Below, one piece after another: positions 49,320 to 60,821 of a stretch of DNA of 64,000 nucleotides (position 1 is the first letter of the stretch; every line of letters begins with the position of its first letter). The DNA comes from Macrostomum hystrix (taxonomy: Eukaryota; Animalia; Platyhelminthes). Location: contig CATNEN010000001.1 in NCBI GenBank assembly GCA_950097015.1, positions 16,802,001 through 16,866,000 on the forward strand, written 5' to 3'. The position numbers were made by a program, and so were the translations under genes. Below the pieces are notes generated by a model. It worked only from the letters and a program-made list of their open reading frames with translations. It was not told the DNA's origin and made no database searches.

Positions 49320-50543
49320 GCATCTGCATCTGTATTTTGACAATGGACAGAGGGAGTGCAGCACATGCTGCTGTCAGTTGCGTTACTGTTTCAATTGCGC
49401 TAATTGTTTCAAATCGTTTCAACTCGTTTTTGCCTAAAATAAAGTCAAAAAGGCCAATCTGTTTGGCGTGGCCTGGCGTGGCCATAGACATCCGTCTACC
49501 GTTGAACAATCATGATTATTGGGTCTGAGTGGGGAAGTTGGTCAATGACACAACCCCTTGTTGCCTAGCGAGTAGCGACCGCCGAAGAACTAAATGTGGG
49601 AATCCCTGACGAGCAACACAGAAGGGCAGAACGACAGAGGCAACTGTTGTTAGCGGGTCCCTTGTAGGGAGAAAGACAGAAAGAAGGCAGCGAGAACCAC
49701 GAAAGAATCTTACAGCCCTAGAGAGGGCAACGAAAGACAAGTACTCGTATATTTAATTAAACTAATTTGACACACGAGGATCAGCGACTTTTTTAGTTTT
49801 TGTGGCTAAAAGGGGCTAAAACTTCGAAAAAACTTGGAAGAAAACGCAAGACAGGTGAATCGAAATGCGACACTCAGGTGATGTACCCAACCCCACTGCC
49901 ACGAAATTAAGGCAGCGACGGTCCGTGGCTCTGCTAACTGCGATTGGCCAGTCAATATCCACGAATATTCTTGAAGTTCTAGAAGTAATTTTTAGCCCAC
50001 TGACTTACTTAGTTGAAAGTGCCAATATTTTGACAAAAAAACTCTCCTGGACTTTTAACATAAGGACTCGATGAACTAAAACTGGCAAAGTCACTGAGTG
50101 TGTGGCTCGCATTGTTTGCAGAAAATTTTCCAACAAATCTGGACCGGTCGCATCCGGCTCAGCAGCAGCCCGGTTTGTTTTCTCATCCCTAGTTGCTTGG
50201 CACTAATCCGGTTGTAGGACAATAGACTTCCCCGTAGCCAAGCCAGGGCAATATAATCCATCCATATAAATATCTGTTTGGATTGCATAAATCAGCGTTT
50301 CCATGCAAAAGCCTAGCAATAAAGCTTGCTCATAATTGATGGTACTCAAGTATAGTCGCCACCCATTGAGCAAACATTGTTAGGCAGAGTGCCCGTTGAT
50401 TTTCCCATTGATTTTCCCATTGGGTCGTGATGATGGCCATGGTTGTGGGCTTGTGCGTATAAAGTTGACAACCGAAAGTAGAAAAACTACCCATGAGAAA
50501 ACGAAGCAGCACTTTCAGGACATTTTTCATCGACCTGTCAGCC

Positions 50544-52196
50544 ATGCATCACGTTAAAGCGGCGCTGGAATCGACTACCTGCCACGGACCACCACGCATG
50601 GTCACTGGCAAACCAATCTATGTTCGTCTCGCTTGGCTAGCCGTGTTTTGCGTGTGTCTGTCATTTTTTCTCAAAGGATTCGTCGAGTTTGTGGGAAAAC
50701 TGCAGTCGAATCCCGTAACTAATAGCCAGGATGTGAATGCTGTGGACTTCCAGTTTCCAGACGTGTACACATGCTTTGAGAATCCGATATCGGGAAGTTA
50801 CTCGGCAAATATCGATGCCTCATCGGCTGCGGAGATCAATAAACAGTTGAACAAAACCATGAGCACTCTATGGGAATATGCCAGTACGAAACCAGCGATT
50901 GAAAGTGCCTATACTGCTCGGCTTCTGTCATTTACTCAGCCCCAGTCTTTGAAATACCAATTGCTGGTTGATACTCTAGCACACAAGTTAGAGCAGAATA
51001 TCATTATTGGCGGATTAGTGTTTAAAGACGCAAGTGGAGTACTTCACTATGAGGTTATGCAGCTGTCGAGTTTCTACCACCCGAATTATCTGCGTTGCGC
51101 CAAATGGGTGCTTGACTCAAAGCAGACGGAAAACCTAAAGAAAAGCGGCACAAGCGGTGGTCTGCTTCTCAATGTGCTGCTGGACTTGAATTCGTCCTTC
51201 ATTCCAGCCAACGGAGCGCAGATAAGCGAGTCTGTCTACGCGCTCGATTTTCCTATGCCAGTGTCAGAGTGGCCGCTCTCTTCCAAGGACATCCTGTCCA
51301 CGGATCGGGCCGCGGGACTGCGGGTGTATCTGTCACCACCGGGCGAATATCCCACAGAATTTGGAACATCGTTCTTGCTTAGCCCTGGAAAATTCCACTT
51401 GGTAGAGCTTGCAATGACTCAGCAGGTGTACAAGGCTGGACAATTCGACTGTGCCAATGACATCCCGGCTGTACAGTTCCTGAATCCGTACGAAAGGACC
51501 CCGTACAACTATTCGTACAGCTATTCGTACTGCTTCTATCACGAATACCAAAAACTATACCAGAAATGGCTCAATGTGTCGGGAGACACCACCCCAATGC
51601 CCTGGGAGCTCAGAGGCAAAGAGTTCATGTTTAATTTGACTTCATGGCCTAACCTTATCTCTATTCTTAAAGAGCCGACGGTTTTTTCTCGAGTGGAAGA
51701 CATTCAGCAACGAGCAGCCTCCGTGTGTGATTTGAAACGACCCTGCAGCACCTTGCAGTACAGCGTCAGCATCTCTAGTAGCGATTGGCCAACCGAGAGC
51801 TCGCTTGTTCCTTTCCTGAGCACCTCCGTCAGGGAGTCGTGGATGAAGGCCAATAAAATGAACCTCAGCGTGCCTGTGCTGGACTTTCTCATGACGGGAA
51901 ACGCATCCAGTGTGGCATCCTATCTGCGTCACAACCTTTTAAAAATCTTCTTCAAGCCGAAGAGCACAACCAGTGACAAGGTGACCTTCTCGAGGGACTA
52001 TGGCGCGTCCAACTTTATTTCCGACGTTGGCGGAATAATGGGCATCTATCTGGGCATGTCGATTCTAACTCTGTGCGAATTTCTAGAGCTTATCTACGAC
52101 CTGGCAAGTCATGCGCACTCGAGACGGCGTAAAAGACAACCAACTGTGTCTGTGCTGACACCAGCGACTTCTGAGCAAAGCAAGACTTCTGACTAA
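50544..52196 (+). CDS. DEG/ENaC sodium-channel family subunit, paralogue 3 (550 aa, intronless)
   Basis: STTCHG, TM1, FQFPD, FISDVGGIMGIYLGMSILTLCEFLE (TM2 with GxS filter). Confidence 0.93.
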   Translation: MHHVKAALESTTCHGPPRMVTGKPIYVRLAWLAVFCVCLSFFLKGFVEFVGKLQSNPVTNSQDVNAVDFQFPDVYTCFENPISGSYSANIDASSAAEINKQLNKTMSTLWEYASTKPAIESAYTARLLSFTQPQSLKYQLLVDTLAHKLEQNIIIGGLVFKDASGVLHYEVMQLSSFYHPNYLRCAKWVLDSKQTENLKKSGTSGGLLLNVLLDLNSSFIPANGAQISESVYALDFPMPVSEWPLSSKDILSTDRAAGLRVYLSPPGEYPTEFGTSFLLSPGKFHLVELAMTQQVYKAGQFDCANDIPAVQFLNPYERTPYNYSYSYSYCFYHEYQKLYQKWLNVSGDTTPMPWELRGKEFMFNLTSWPNLISILKEPTVFSRVEDIQQRAASVCDLKRPCSTLQYSVSISSSDWPTESSLVPFLSTSVRESWMKANKMNLSVPVLDFLMTGNASSVASYLRHNLLKIFFKPKSTTSDKVTFSRDYGASNFISDVGGIMGIYLGMSILTLCEFLELIYDLASHAHSRRRKRQPTVSVLTPATSEQSKTSD

Positions 52197-52822
52197 AAAG
52201 GACGATGCTTTAACATCAAATTTAGCTTGGACTTTTATTCAGGACGCAAATATTTTCTTATTTATCAAATTACGATCCTGGTAGCAAACCTGAACGGGAA
52301 GAATGTCAAGCATTCTTTGTTTTATCGATCGCACTGACGACATAATAACGGAGCCACGCGTTGTGCAGCATGACTAAATTAGAAAACTGCACATTTCAGA
52401 CAAATAATTGCGTCTTATTTTATTTGCTTACATAATATTGCCAAAATTAAATATTCATAAAGTATCAAAATTGAAAGCAATACATTTGAAGGTCGCCATA
52501 GGCGTGGTGTGGAAGTTAGGAATTTTCAATACAAAAGGGGAATCCGTACTTTAGCCACTAAATGAGAAGACCTTTGGGGATTTCTGTCAGCCATTTTAAA
52601 GAGCCAAAACATAAAAACGTTAGCTTGTTGCAGAGGCTCATAGCTCGTACCAAACTGAAACACGATCTTAGCTAATGGATATCTCAGAAAATCAACTGTT
52701 CTACCTGACTATTTTCCGGGCACTTCTTCCTCACCAAGGTGGGTAAGTCCTGATATTTTTCGAAAATAAAAGCCAAAGTAAACGAGAGACTCCAATATTC
52801 TCCAATACTCCTAACGCTTAAA

Positions 52823-53190
52823 AGTGGCAGAGTCGTTGATGAGTTTGCCACTCGCACCAAGGTCCCTGAGTTCGATTCCGCGGCGAGGCCACATTCATTT
52901 GGGGCGCAGCCGCAGAGAGAAGGCTTGGGGGCTTGTCCACGTGCAATTTACACCCTTGAGGGCCAACCTCCAAGGCACAGTGAAATGTACACTGCTTGAC
53001 GATGGGAAAGTCAGGGCAGATGTACACACCTGTGTGAGCGTGTGCCTGCGCACAGTATCTGTGTGCGTGTGTGCTCAGGAGTCAGCGGAATGGGCAGAAT
53101 TGCCTCCTCGCTGGCTGCGGGTCTAGTGTCACCAAATGATTTAACACTGCCCGCAGCCCTACTGCAGCCCTATTAATTATAATTAATAAT
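52823..53190 (+). mobile_element. SINE family 1, most complete copy
   Basis: A box, B box GTTCGATTCC, structured body, AT-rich tail. Confidence 0.88.
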
Positions 53191-53199
53191 AGACCAGCA

Positions 53200-53920
53200 A
53201 AAGACCAGCAGTTTCTATCATCCGATTTCATTGCGCTGCACGCAGTGAGGTGTCAGAAAACTTATTCGAAATTACTGCTGCTTTCCTCGCCTCATTAACC
53301 GATCGAAACTTCACACCGAAATTTCTAATAAGGACTCGTTTATCCTGCCATGGTCCATATCGGCGATATCCTTATCGCAGTCTCAGACTGGTCGCTCGAA
53401 ATGGATGATTCTTCACCTCAGACAGGAGATACCGCCAGGTGAGTACCCATCCGAGCTTGTCACCTCATTCCTACTGGGTCCTGGCAAACATTATAACGTA
53501 GAGATTGAAATCACTCAGCAAGTCTGTCAGAAGTACACGTTTTCCGGCCTGACTCGGATGGCCGGCTTCCGGCCGGCCCTCCCATTGTTCAGTTCGACGG
53601 GTCGCCGTGCAAATACATTTACAGCTATTCCTACTACTACTATAAGTATCACAAGCAGCTGCAGCTATTCACAAACAATTCTGACGACGTCAGTCCGTTA
53701 GCTTGACCTCTGAAAGGTAAAAACTACTTACTATGCATGATGGACGGGCTACAAAATGCGCCGCAGCTTGCTTAAGGTGCAGTTCGAGCTGCGAAATGAA
53801 TTTTCCGATTGAGTTGCTTTCTCCAAAGACTTCAACCCCCGACGTTGGCGGGGTTTTCAGAATCTACCTGAGTATATCTCTGTTAACACTCTGCGAGCTG
53901 CTGGAGGTCATCTTGAATTG
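53200..53920 (+). pseudogene. DEG/ENaC paralogue 4, heavily decayed pseudogene
   Basis: Fragments FYHPISLRC, PPGEYPSELVTSFLLGPGKHY, DVGG..IYLSISLLTLCELLE across several frames. Confidence 0.8.
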
Positions 53921-54091
53921 GTGAGATACTGAGACAGTGAGATACTGAGACAGTGAGATACTGAGACAGTGAGATACTGAGACAGTGAGATACTGAGACA
54001 GTGAGATACTGAGACAGTGAGATACTGAGACAGTGAGATACTGAGACAGTGAGATACTGAGACAGTGAGATACTGAGACAGTGAGATACTG
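53921..54091. repeat. 16-bp minisatellite (GTGAGATACTGAGACA)n
   Basis: Direct reading. Confidence 0.95.
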
Positions 54092-54749
54092 GTTCGTAAG
54101 CGTGCACTTTGTGTGAAGCTTACGGGGTTAATGACCGGCTGGCCGCCCCCGCGTCTCGTTCTTTCTGCCCCCCCTTTGGTGCGTGCACTGCGTCCTCTCC
54201 CCTCCGCCTTCGCCCCTCTGCACCCACCCCCTCCCTGAGCCGCTTATGTGGCTGCCCAGCCTCTCTCTCTCCTGCTTTTTTTCCGCCCGGCTGTCGAGTA
54301 GAATTGATTTTCTCCAGAATGCCTAAATAGTGCTTCTGATCAATCGGGAACTTATTGTAATAGAAAATTCAGCAAATATGTATAAACTCTGACTACTTTA
54401 ACTTTTCTATCTGTACTGGTTACTTGTGACAATAGAGCTGTTGACAGATGATTTGCCTCGTCGATAGAATCAACACATAGATTAAACAGCTCGGATGAAC
54501 CCAATGAGCCCTACCAATGACCCAAGGTAGCTTTCCAGTGCAAACACAAGCTTGAAACAGGAGCCTAAGTGAATCCTGCTACTCTGTCCACACGGCACTC
54601 ACGAACTCACGACCTGAGCATAGTTAAGGATAAATATATTTTCTTCTCCTATATTACAATGCGATACTTTTGAGCGTTTCTCATTAGCTCGTTAAAGACT
54701 CAAAATTTTGTTCGATTTAATTTGGCGGTTTATAATCGAAAAAATCGCC

Positions 54750-56441
54750 ATGACAGTCGCGCAGCAGCTGAAGTCCGCGCTGAGCACCTCGACATCGCAC
54801 GGTCTGCCTAAAATTGTCGCTAGCAAGCCAATCCACGTTCGACTGGCTTGGCTACTACTGTACCTGGTCATGCTGAGTCTATTTTTCAAAGACTTTTTTG
54901 AGCTGATCGCCAAGCTGCAGTCCGGCAAAGTGACTACTTTCATCGAGTCCGAGAGCGAGCTGTTTCAATTCCCTGACCTGTACGTATGCTTCGAGAACCC
55001 CGTTTCTGGCAGTTACTCAGCAAACATCGACATCGGGACTGCGGTAGTGATCAACGACTTCTTCAGGGTAGCCGACGATGCGCTGAATGCGTTTTCAGTT
55101 TTGCGGAATTTCACTGAGCAAGAAGCCAAGCAGAAGAAAACTGAGTATAGCTATGTGAACGTTTTCGGCTTGCCTTACAAGCTTTTAATCGACCATCTGG
55201 CTCATCGCACCGAGCAGAGCGTCATCGCCAGCACCATTACCTACATCAATGAGTCCGGGGTGCCCACGTCTACCGCAATAAAACCCACGGAGTTCAACCA
55301 CCCACTGTACCTTCGCTGCATGCAGTGGAGAATCAACAGCGAATGGCAGCAGAAAATGTCTGCCGCTGGGTCATGGTCAGGGCTCACCTTGAGCTTACTC
55401 CTAGACTCCAACTCCTCTTTTTTAGACTACAAAGAGTCGCCGGTTAAGCGGAAAACATTCGCCTCAAACGGGGTTGAGATCCCAATTTCAGACTGGTCGA
55501 TGATGGTCAAAGACTACTCGGAGGCTGACAGGGTGACCGGTCTGAGAGTGTTTCTGAGTCCACCTGGAGAGTACCCGTCAAACTTTGTGAGCTCGTTCAC
55601 TCTGGCTCCTGGGAATTTTCACTCGGTTGAGGTGAAAATGACGAGTTATAAGTACACAGAGAACCAGCTCGATTGCACGGCAAGGCAGCCTCAAGTTGAT
55701 TTTGTGAATCCCTACGACCTGTCTCCGTACAGGCACACGTACAGCTACTCGTACTGCTACTACTATGAGTACCATCGACTTTCACAGCAGCTTTTCAACT
55801 TGTCTGGGCAAATCAGTCCATTGCCGTGGCCTCTGAGGAATAAAAAATTTATGTACAATGTCTCAGGCTCACCTGATTTTGGCAGTACAGTTTATAACGA
55901 TTCCACGTGGGACGAGCACGACAAATTTTCTACGCGAATCCGGGAAGCCTGCAAATCAAAACGACCATGCGAAAAACTGAAGTACACAGCCAGCGTCTCC
56001 AGTGCTCACTGGCCTTCTGAAAGCTCCCTCGTTAGTTTCGTCAACGGTTCTGTGAGACAGGCCTGGGCTCAGGCCAAGACCAAGAACCTGTCAGTTCCCG
56101 CACTGGACCTTCTGATGACCGGCAATGCATCGAGCGTGGCCTCCTATGTACGCAGCAACCTGGTCAAAGTGCAAATTAACCCTAGCGGAATCATGTGCGA
56201 TAGAGTCACATTTGCCATAGACTACGGCTTGTCAAATTTTATATCCGAGGTTGGCGGCACAATGGGAATCTACCTGGGCATGTCGCTGCTTACCTTGTGT
56301 GAACTATTGGAGCTGTTGCACAATTTAATTACATCCCTGACGTGCGTGAAAAGGTGCCAAACCTCAAGTGTAAACAAGGCTAAGGCAATTGGTTTGAGTG
56401 CAATTGAGCCAAGTTGTTCTGAAGTCGTGCATCCAGTCTAG
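54750..56441 (+). CDS. DEG/ENaC subunit, paralogue 5 (563 aa, intronless)
   Basis: STSHG, FQFPD, FISEVGGTMGIYLGMS. Confidence 0.93.
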   Translation: MTVAQQLKSALSTSTSHGLPKIVASKPIHVRLAWLLLYLVMLSLFFKDFFELIAKLQSGKVTTFIESESELFQFPDLYVCFENPVSGSYSANIDIGTAVVINDFFRVADDALNAFSVLRNFTEQEAKQKKTEYSYVNVFGLPYKLLIDHLAHRTEQSVIASTITYINESGVPTSTAIKPTEFNHPLYLRCMQWRINSEWQQKMSAAGSWSGLTLSLLLDSNSSFLDYKESPVKRKTFASNGVEIPISDWSMMVKDYSEADRVTGLRVFLSPPGEYPSNFVSSFTLAPGNFHSVEVKMTSYKYTENQLDCTARQPQVDFVNPYDLSPYRHTYSYSYCYYYEYHRLSQQLFNLSGQISPLPWPLRNKKFMYNVSGSPDFGSTVYNDSTWDEHDKFSTRIREACKSKRPCEKLKYTASVSSAHWPSESSLVSFVNGSVRQAWAQAKTKNLSVPALDLLMTGNASSVASYVRSNLVKVQINPSGIMCDRVTFAIDYGLSNFISEVGGTMGIYLGMSLLTLCELLELLHNLITSLTCVKRCQTSSVNKAKAIGLSAIEPSCSEVVHPV

Positions 56442-57057
56442 AAATTTAATTTTTTCTTTTTGTAGAAGAAAAATATTGTAAGTAATAATTATCGCGAAAA
56501 TAAAAAAATTTCTCGATTACACCTGCCCTATTTGGGCCAGATGTGCAGTCGAAAGCACAAGCCACAGTTATTGCGCATCGCATCTGAAGGCCGCGTACGG
56601 TGGGACGACGCACCCACCTCAATAGTTAAATACAGAACTGAATGTACCATGAAATGTCTTCTTTGCTTTCTTCTTCTTCAAAACCAAATATTTTGGATAG
56701 TCCAGGACACTGCATTTTGTTGCGATATATACATTTGATTGATCGATAAATTCTGGAAATCAACTGTTCCAATAGGCAAACAGAATTTGAGGAATGGTAT
56801 AAAATGAACTGTAGATAAGATTCTTGAATTTACATTTAAGGATAAGCTAAGTGTCACGGACAGTAACGAACAATGTCGTAAATCTTTTGGTATCAGTGGA
56901 AGAGTTGGATCGATTCAACAAAATGCTGCCCTGTTCTCACGCAAAGCAAACAAAAAGTCAGAAGAATTTGGGGCAGAAGCATTTGCGCCGCAGTTTAAAT
57001 CTTTGAACTCAGTTTGAGTGAACTCAAAGCGCTTGATAGCAACTCAAGAAGCTGGAA

Positions 57058-58728
57058 ATGCAGCAGGTAAAGATTGCTCTGAGTCTCACGACCGCACACG
57101 GTTTGCCAAGAGTGGTCTCCAACAAGCCAGTCTTTGTGCGAACAGCATGGCTGCTGCTGTACCTCCTGATGCTAGCCCTGTTTCTCAAAGGCTTCTTTGA
57201 ATTAATCGTCAAATTGCAGTCGCAAAAAGTCACCACGTCAATTGTTTCTGAGGGTGAAAAGTTCCAATTTCCCGACGTGTACATGTGCTTTGAGAATCCC
57301 ATCTCGGGAAGTTACTCGGCCAACATTGACGCCATCACAGCGGCAGCCATTAACAACTACTTCAATGCCACCAGCGAGCAGATGCGGATGCTAATGCTCC
57401 GGAAGAACTTCAGCAAGGAGACGGCCAGCGAATGGATGACCAACAACAGTTTCATGCTGGTTCACGGGCTGCCCTACAAGCTGCTCATCGACAATTTGGC
57501 TCACAGAGTGGAGCAAAGCGTGATCTCTAGCAGCATTATTTACATTCAGGAGTCCGGAGCGCCCAGCCACGCTGTGATCGAGGCGAATGAGTTTCATCAC
57601 CCTCTATATCTGAGCTGCCTGCAATGGACCATCGACGCCACCTGGCAAGAGAAAATGACAACCTCAGAGTCGTGGGCTGGGCTCACCGTCGCTCTTTTGC
57701 TGGACGGAAACTCGTCGTATTTGGAGTCGAAAGGATTTCGAATCGAACAGAAGACTTACATCCCGGGCGGAACAAAGATTCCAGTGTCTGATTGGTCTTT
57801 GTCTTTGAAAGACTTCATAGAGGCCGACCGGGTGGCCGGAGTGAAGGTGTTTCTCAGCCCACCTGGAGAGTACCCGTCAGACTTTGTGAGCTCGTTCTCT
57901 CTGGGTCCGGGAAAGTATCACTCAGTCGAGGTTAAAATGACTCGCTACGTGTCTGAGAAGCACCAGTTTGAGTGCCTCGACGAAGAGCCTGATGTTGAGT
58001 TCGTGAATCCCTACGATCTGTCATCTTACAAGCATAGGTACAGCTACTCGTATTGTTTCTACAATGAGTACCATCGATTGCATCAGAAACTGTTCAATTT
58101 GTCTGGTCAAATCAGTCCGCTGCCGTGGCCCCTGCGCAACCTGAAATACTTATATAACCTTACTGGTCAGACCCATTACTTCAGTGCCGACTATGACCAA
58201 TCAGTTTTGACCGAGGAGCAGAAACTGATCGACAAGATCCGGACTGCTTGTAAAAAGGAACGACCCTGCAACAAAATAGACTATAGCGTCAGCATCTCCA
58301 GTGCCGACTGGCCAACACAGAGCTCATTGTCGCCCTTCATCAACAGCTCCGTGAGGCTGGCATGGTTGCAGGCAAAAGCCAGAAATCTCAGTGTTCCAGC
58401 GCTCGACTTTCTATTGACCGGACAAGCAGCAGACGTGGCGTCCTATGTACGCACAAACCTGGTCAAAATGCATCTCAAGCCGTGCAGCGTGTTCGGCGAC
58501 ATCATCACCTTCTCAAGTGACTATGGCTTCTCAAACTTCATCTCGGAAGTTGGCGGAATCATGGGAATCTACCTGGGCATGTCTCTGCTCACTATTTGCG
58601 AGTTGATTGAGCTGCTATTCGATGTGTCCGCCTGGTACTGGACCAGGTGCAGCTTACTGACTCTGGAAAGGCGTGTTACTCCGACGGACAAATCTGCAAT
58701 GTCCAGTGACACCATTGTTGCAAATTGA
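57058..58728 (+). CDS. DEG/ENaC subunit, paralogue 6 (556 aa, intronless)
   Basis: TTAHG, FQFPD, FISEVGGIMGIYLGMS. Confidence 0.93.
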   Translation: MQQVKIALSLTTAHGLPRVVSNKPVFVRTAWLLLYLLMLALFLKGFFELIVKLQSQKVTTSIVSEGEKFQFPDVYMCFENPISGSYSANIDAITAAAINNYFNATSEQMRMLMLRKNFSKETASEWMTNNSFMLVHGLPYKLLIDNLAHRVEQSVISSSIIYIQESGAPSHAVIEANEFHHPLYLSCLQWTIDATWQEKMTTSESWAGLTVALLLDGNSSYLESKGFRIEQKTYIPGGTKIPVSDWSLSLKDFIEADRVAGVKVFLSPPGEYPSDFVSSFSLGPGKYHSVEVKMTRYVSEKHQFECLDEEPDVEFVNPYDLSSYKHRYSYSYCFYNEYHRLHQKLFNLSGQISPLPWPLRNLKYLYNLTGQTHYFSADYDQSVLTEEQKLIDKIRTACKKERPCNKIDYSVSISSADWPTQSSLSPFINSSVRLAWLQAKARNLSVPALDFLLTGQAADVASYVRTNLVKMHLKPCSVFGDIITFSSDYGFSNFISEVGGIMGIYLGMSLLTICELIELLFDVSAWYWTRCSLLTLERRVTPTDKSAMSSDTIVAN

Positions 58729-59225
58729 TTATTTATCTACCTCCCGATGCAAGAATACTATTTTTTTCAAATGCAAATAGCAAGAACTGATCGAGCTATT
58801 ATGATCCATTTCCCAACAGATTCAAGTTGAATCATATTTTACCCTGGCAAATAAACTCCTAGGGGCTAAACATGCATCGAACATACAAGCGTCCAATTGA
58901 TCAAATTATTCAAACAATTATATTCTACGAGCCGTAGTTCCCATTTTCCAGGTGTTTGACAGTTTAATATTTACCTGTCTGCTCTACGGGAACACAGATC
59001 GATTTGGAGCTGCTTGACTACTAGACACTGAGAGGTGAAAAATTTGATTGCTTAACAATAAGCTGTTATAGGACTATATAATTATTCTGGTTAATTTTCC
59101 GTAAATGGCCTTGTCTGTCTGTTTCTGATTAAGTCCAGCCTCTAAAATCCATGCGACTCCCCAACGTCAGCTCACAGATCTAAAATACCAGGAGCTGGAA
59201 GAGAAGAGATAACACTTACAGAGGG

Positions 59226-60821
59226 ATGAAGCAGAGGCTGAAAACAGCTCTAACAAACAGCTCATTGCATGGCCTGCCTCGCACAGTGACGGAGAAGCCC
59301 TGGTGCATCAGGCTGATGTGGCTTATGCTCTTTCTTACCACTCTCGGCTTCTTTGTCTACGGGCTCGCGCGCTTCGTTGGCAAACTGGTTCTGAACCCGC
59401 AGACGAGTACTCTGGAAGCCAACAGCGTCTTATTTAAATTTCCGGACATTTACGCCTGCTACGAGTCTCCTATCTCAGCTAGTTATGCTGCCAATGTTGA
59501 CCGACCATCTGCCGACGCAATCAACGCCAGACTGAATGCGACAACGCCGGCTATCAGGAAGTATCTGGCGAGAAAGTATTCGAAAGAGTCGGATGAGAAT
59601 AAAACAATGCCCCCGAGGACGTACTTCTACATGTACTCTCTTCCGTATTCGCTAGTTGTCGACGCCCTGGCTCACAGACTCGAGCAGGCTGTCATCAGCA
59701 GCGGTGTGATGTACAGAACTGATCGAGGAGTGCCGAAATATGAGCCTATTGACAGCGTGAGCTTCTATCACCCGATGTACCTGCGCTGTTTTAGGTTTAC
59801 TCTGAACAAAATCATGCAGATCGCTGTGCTGAAATCTGGCTCGTCGGCTGGGATTGTGCTGACACTATCAATCGATTCAACAATCTCCCAGATCGAGTCG
59901 AAGGGTGCAAAAATTCAGCAGATGATCTATTCGAGTTTTAGTCAGCTATCGGTGTCCCAGTGGACAATGTCTGTTAAAGACTACCTGGAGCCGGACAGGA
60001 GCGCAGGTGTACGCGTGTTCCTCACCCCGCCGGGAGAGTATCCGTCTGAGTTCGTCAACTCCTTCATCCTGGGTCCCGGCAAGTACCACAGCGTCGAGAT
60101 TGAAATGCTCCAGCAGGTATACACGCCCGGTCAGTTTGAATGCCAAGACGAGCCACCGGATGTGCAGTTCGTGAACCCGTACGATGAGACACCGTACAAC
60201 CACACATACAGCTACTCCTACTGCTACTACAAGGTGTACCACAAAATAGTACAAGAAAAAGTTAACTTATCAGGTGATGTCGGACCAATGCCTTGGCCGC
60301 TGAGGGGTAAAAGGTATATGTTCAACTTGACTGGGGAGCCGAACTTCGCCGACATTACTGGGAATGAGACTGTGCTCTCCAATTTCGAAGAAGGTCTAGG
60401 AGATGTGGACGAGAAGTGTCAAACAGAACGGCCCTGCACCAGCCTAAAGTACCGAGCCAGCGTCTCGAGTGCAGACTGGCCCTCCGAGGGCTCCATCAGT
60501 TCCTTTATCGACAGCTCAGTGAAGAAGGTGTGGACGCAAGCCACTGCCAAGAACCTCAGCGTTCCGGTACTCGACTTTCTAATGACCTGCAATGCATCCA
60601 GTGCCGCCTCATATGTACGCAGCAACGTCCTCAAAGTACACTTAAGGCCTCTGAGCATTCAATCTGACCAAATTGTCTTCTCAAGGGACTACACAATCCT
60701 AAATTTTATTTCGGATATCGGCGGAATCATGGGTATCTACCTGGGCATGTCGCTGCTCACAGTGTTTGAGTTATTTGAACTGTTTTATGAAATAATCATG
60801 GCGTTCAGGGAGTCAATTTAA
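59226..60821 (+). CDS. DEG/ENaC subunit, paralogue 7 (531 aa, intronless, almost no C-terminal tail)
   Basis: SSLHG, FKFPD, FISDIGGIMGIYLGMS. Confidence 0.93.
   Translation: MKQRLKTALTNSSLHGLPRTVTEKPWCIRLMWLMLFLTTLGFFVYGLARFVGKLVLNPQTSTLEANSVLFKFPDIYACYESPISASYAANVDRPSADAINARLNATTPAIRKYLARKYSKESDENKTMPPRTYFYMYSLPYSLVVDALAHRLEQAVISSGVMYRTDRGVPKYEPIDSVSFYHPMYLRCFRFTLNKIMQIAVLKSGSSAGIVLTLSIDSTISQIESKGAKIQQMIYSSFSQLSVSQWTMSVKDYLEPDRSAGVRVFLTPPGEYPSEFVNSFILGPGKYHSVEIEMLQQVYTPGQFECQDEPPDVQFVNPYDETPYNHTYSYSYCYYKVYHKIVQEKVNLSGDVGPMPWPLRGKRYMFNLTGEPNFADITGNETVLSNFEEGLGDVDEKCQTERPCTSLKYRASVSSADWPSEGSISSFIDSSVKKVWTQATAKNLSVPVLDFLMTCNASSAASYVRSNVLKVHLRPLSIQSDQIVFSRDYTILNFISDIGGIMGIYLGMSLLTVFELFELFYEIIMAFRESI

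Noticed and set aside
52823-52895. tRNA gene
   Set aside because: A/B boxes are present but there is no closed cloverleaf, and it continues into a dispersed repeat body; it is a SINE head
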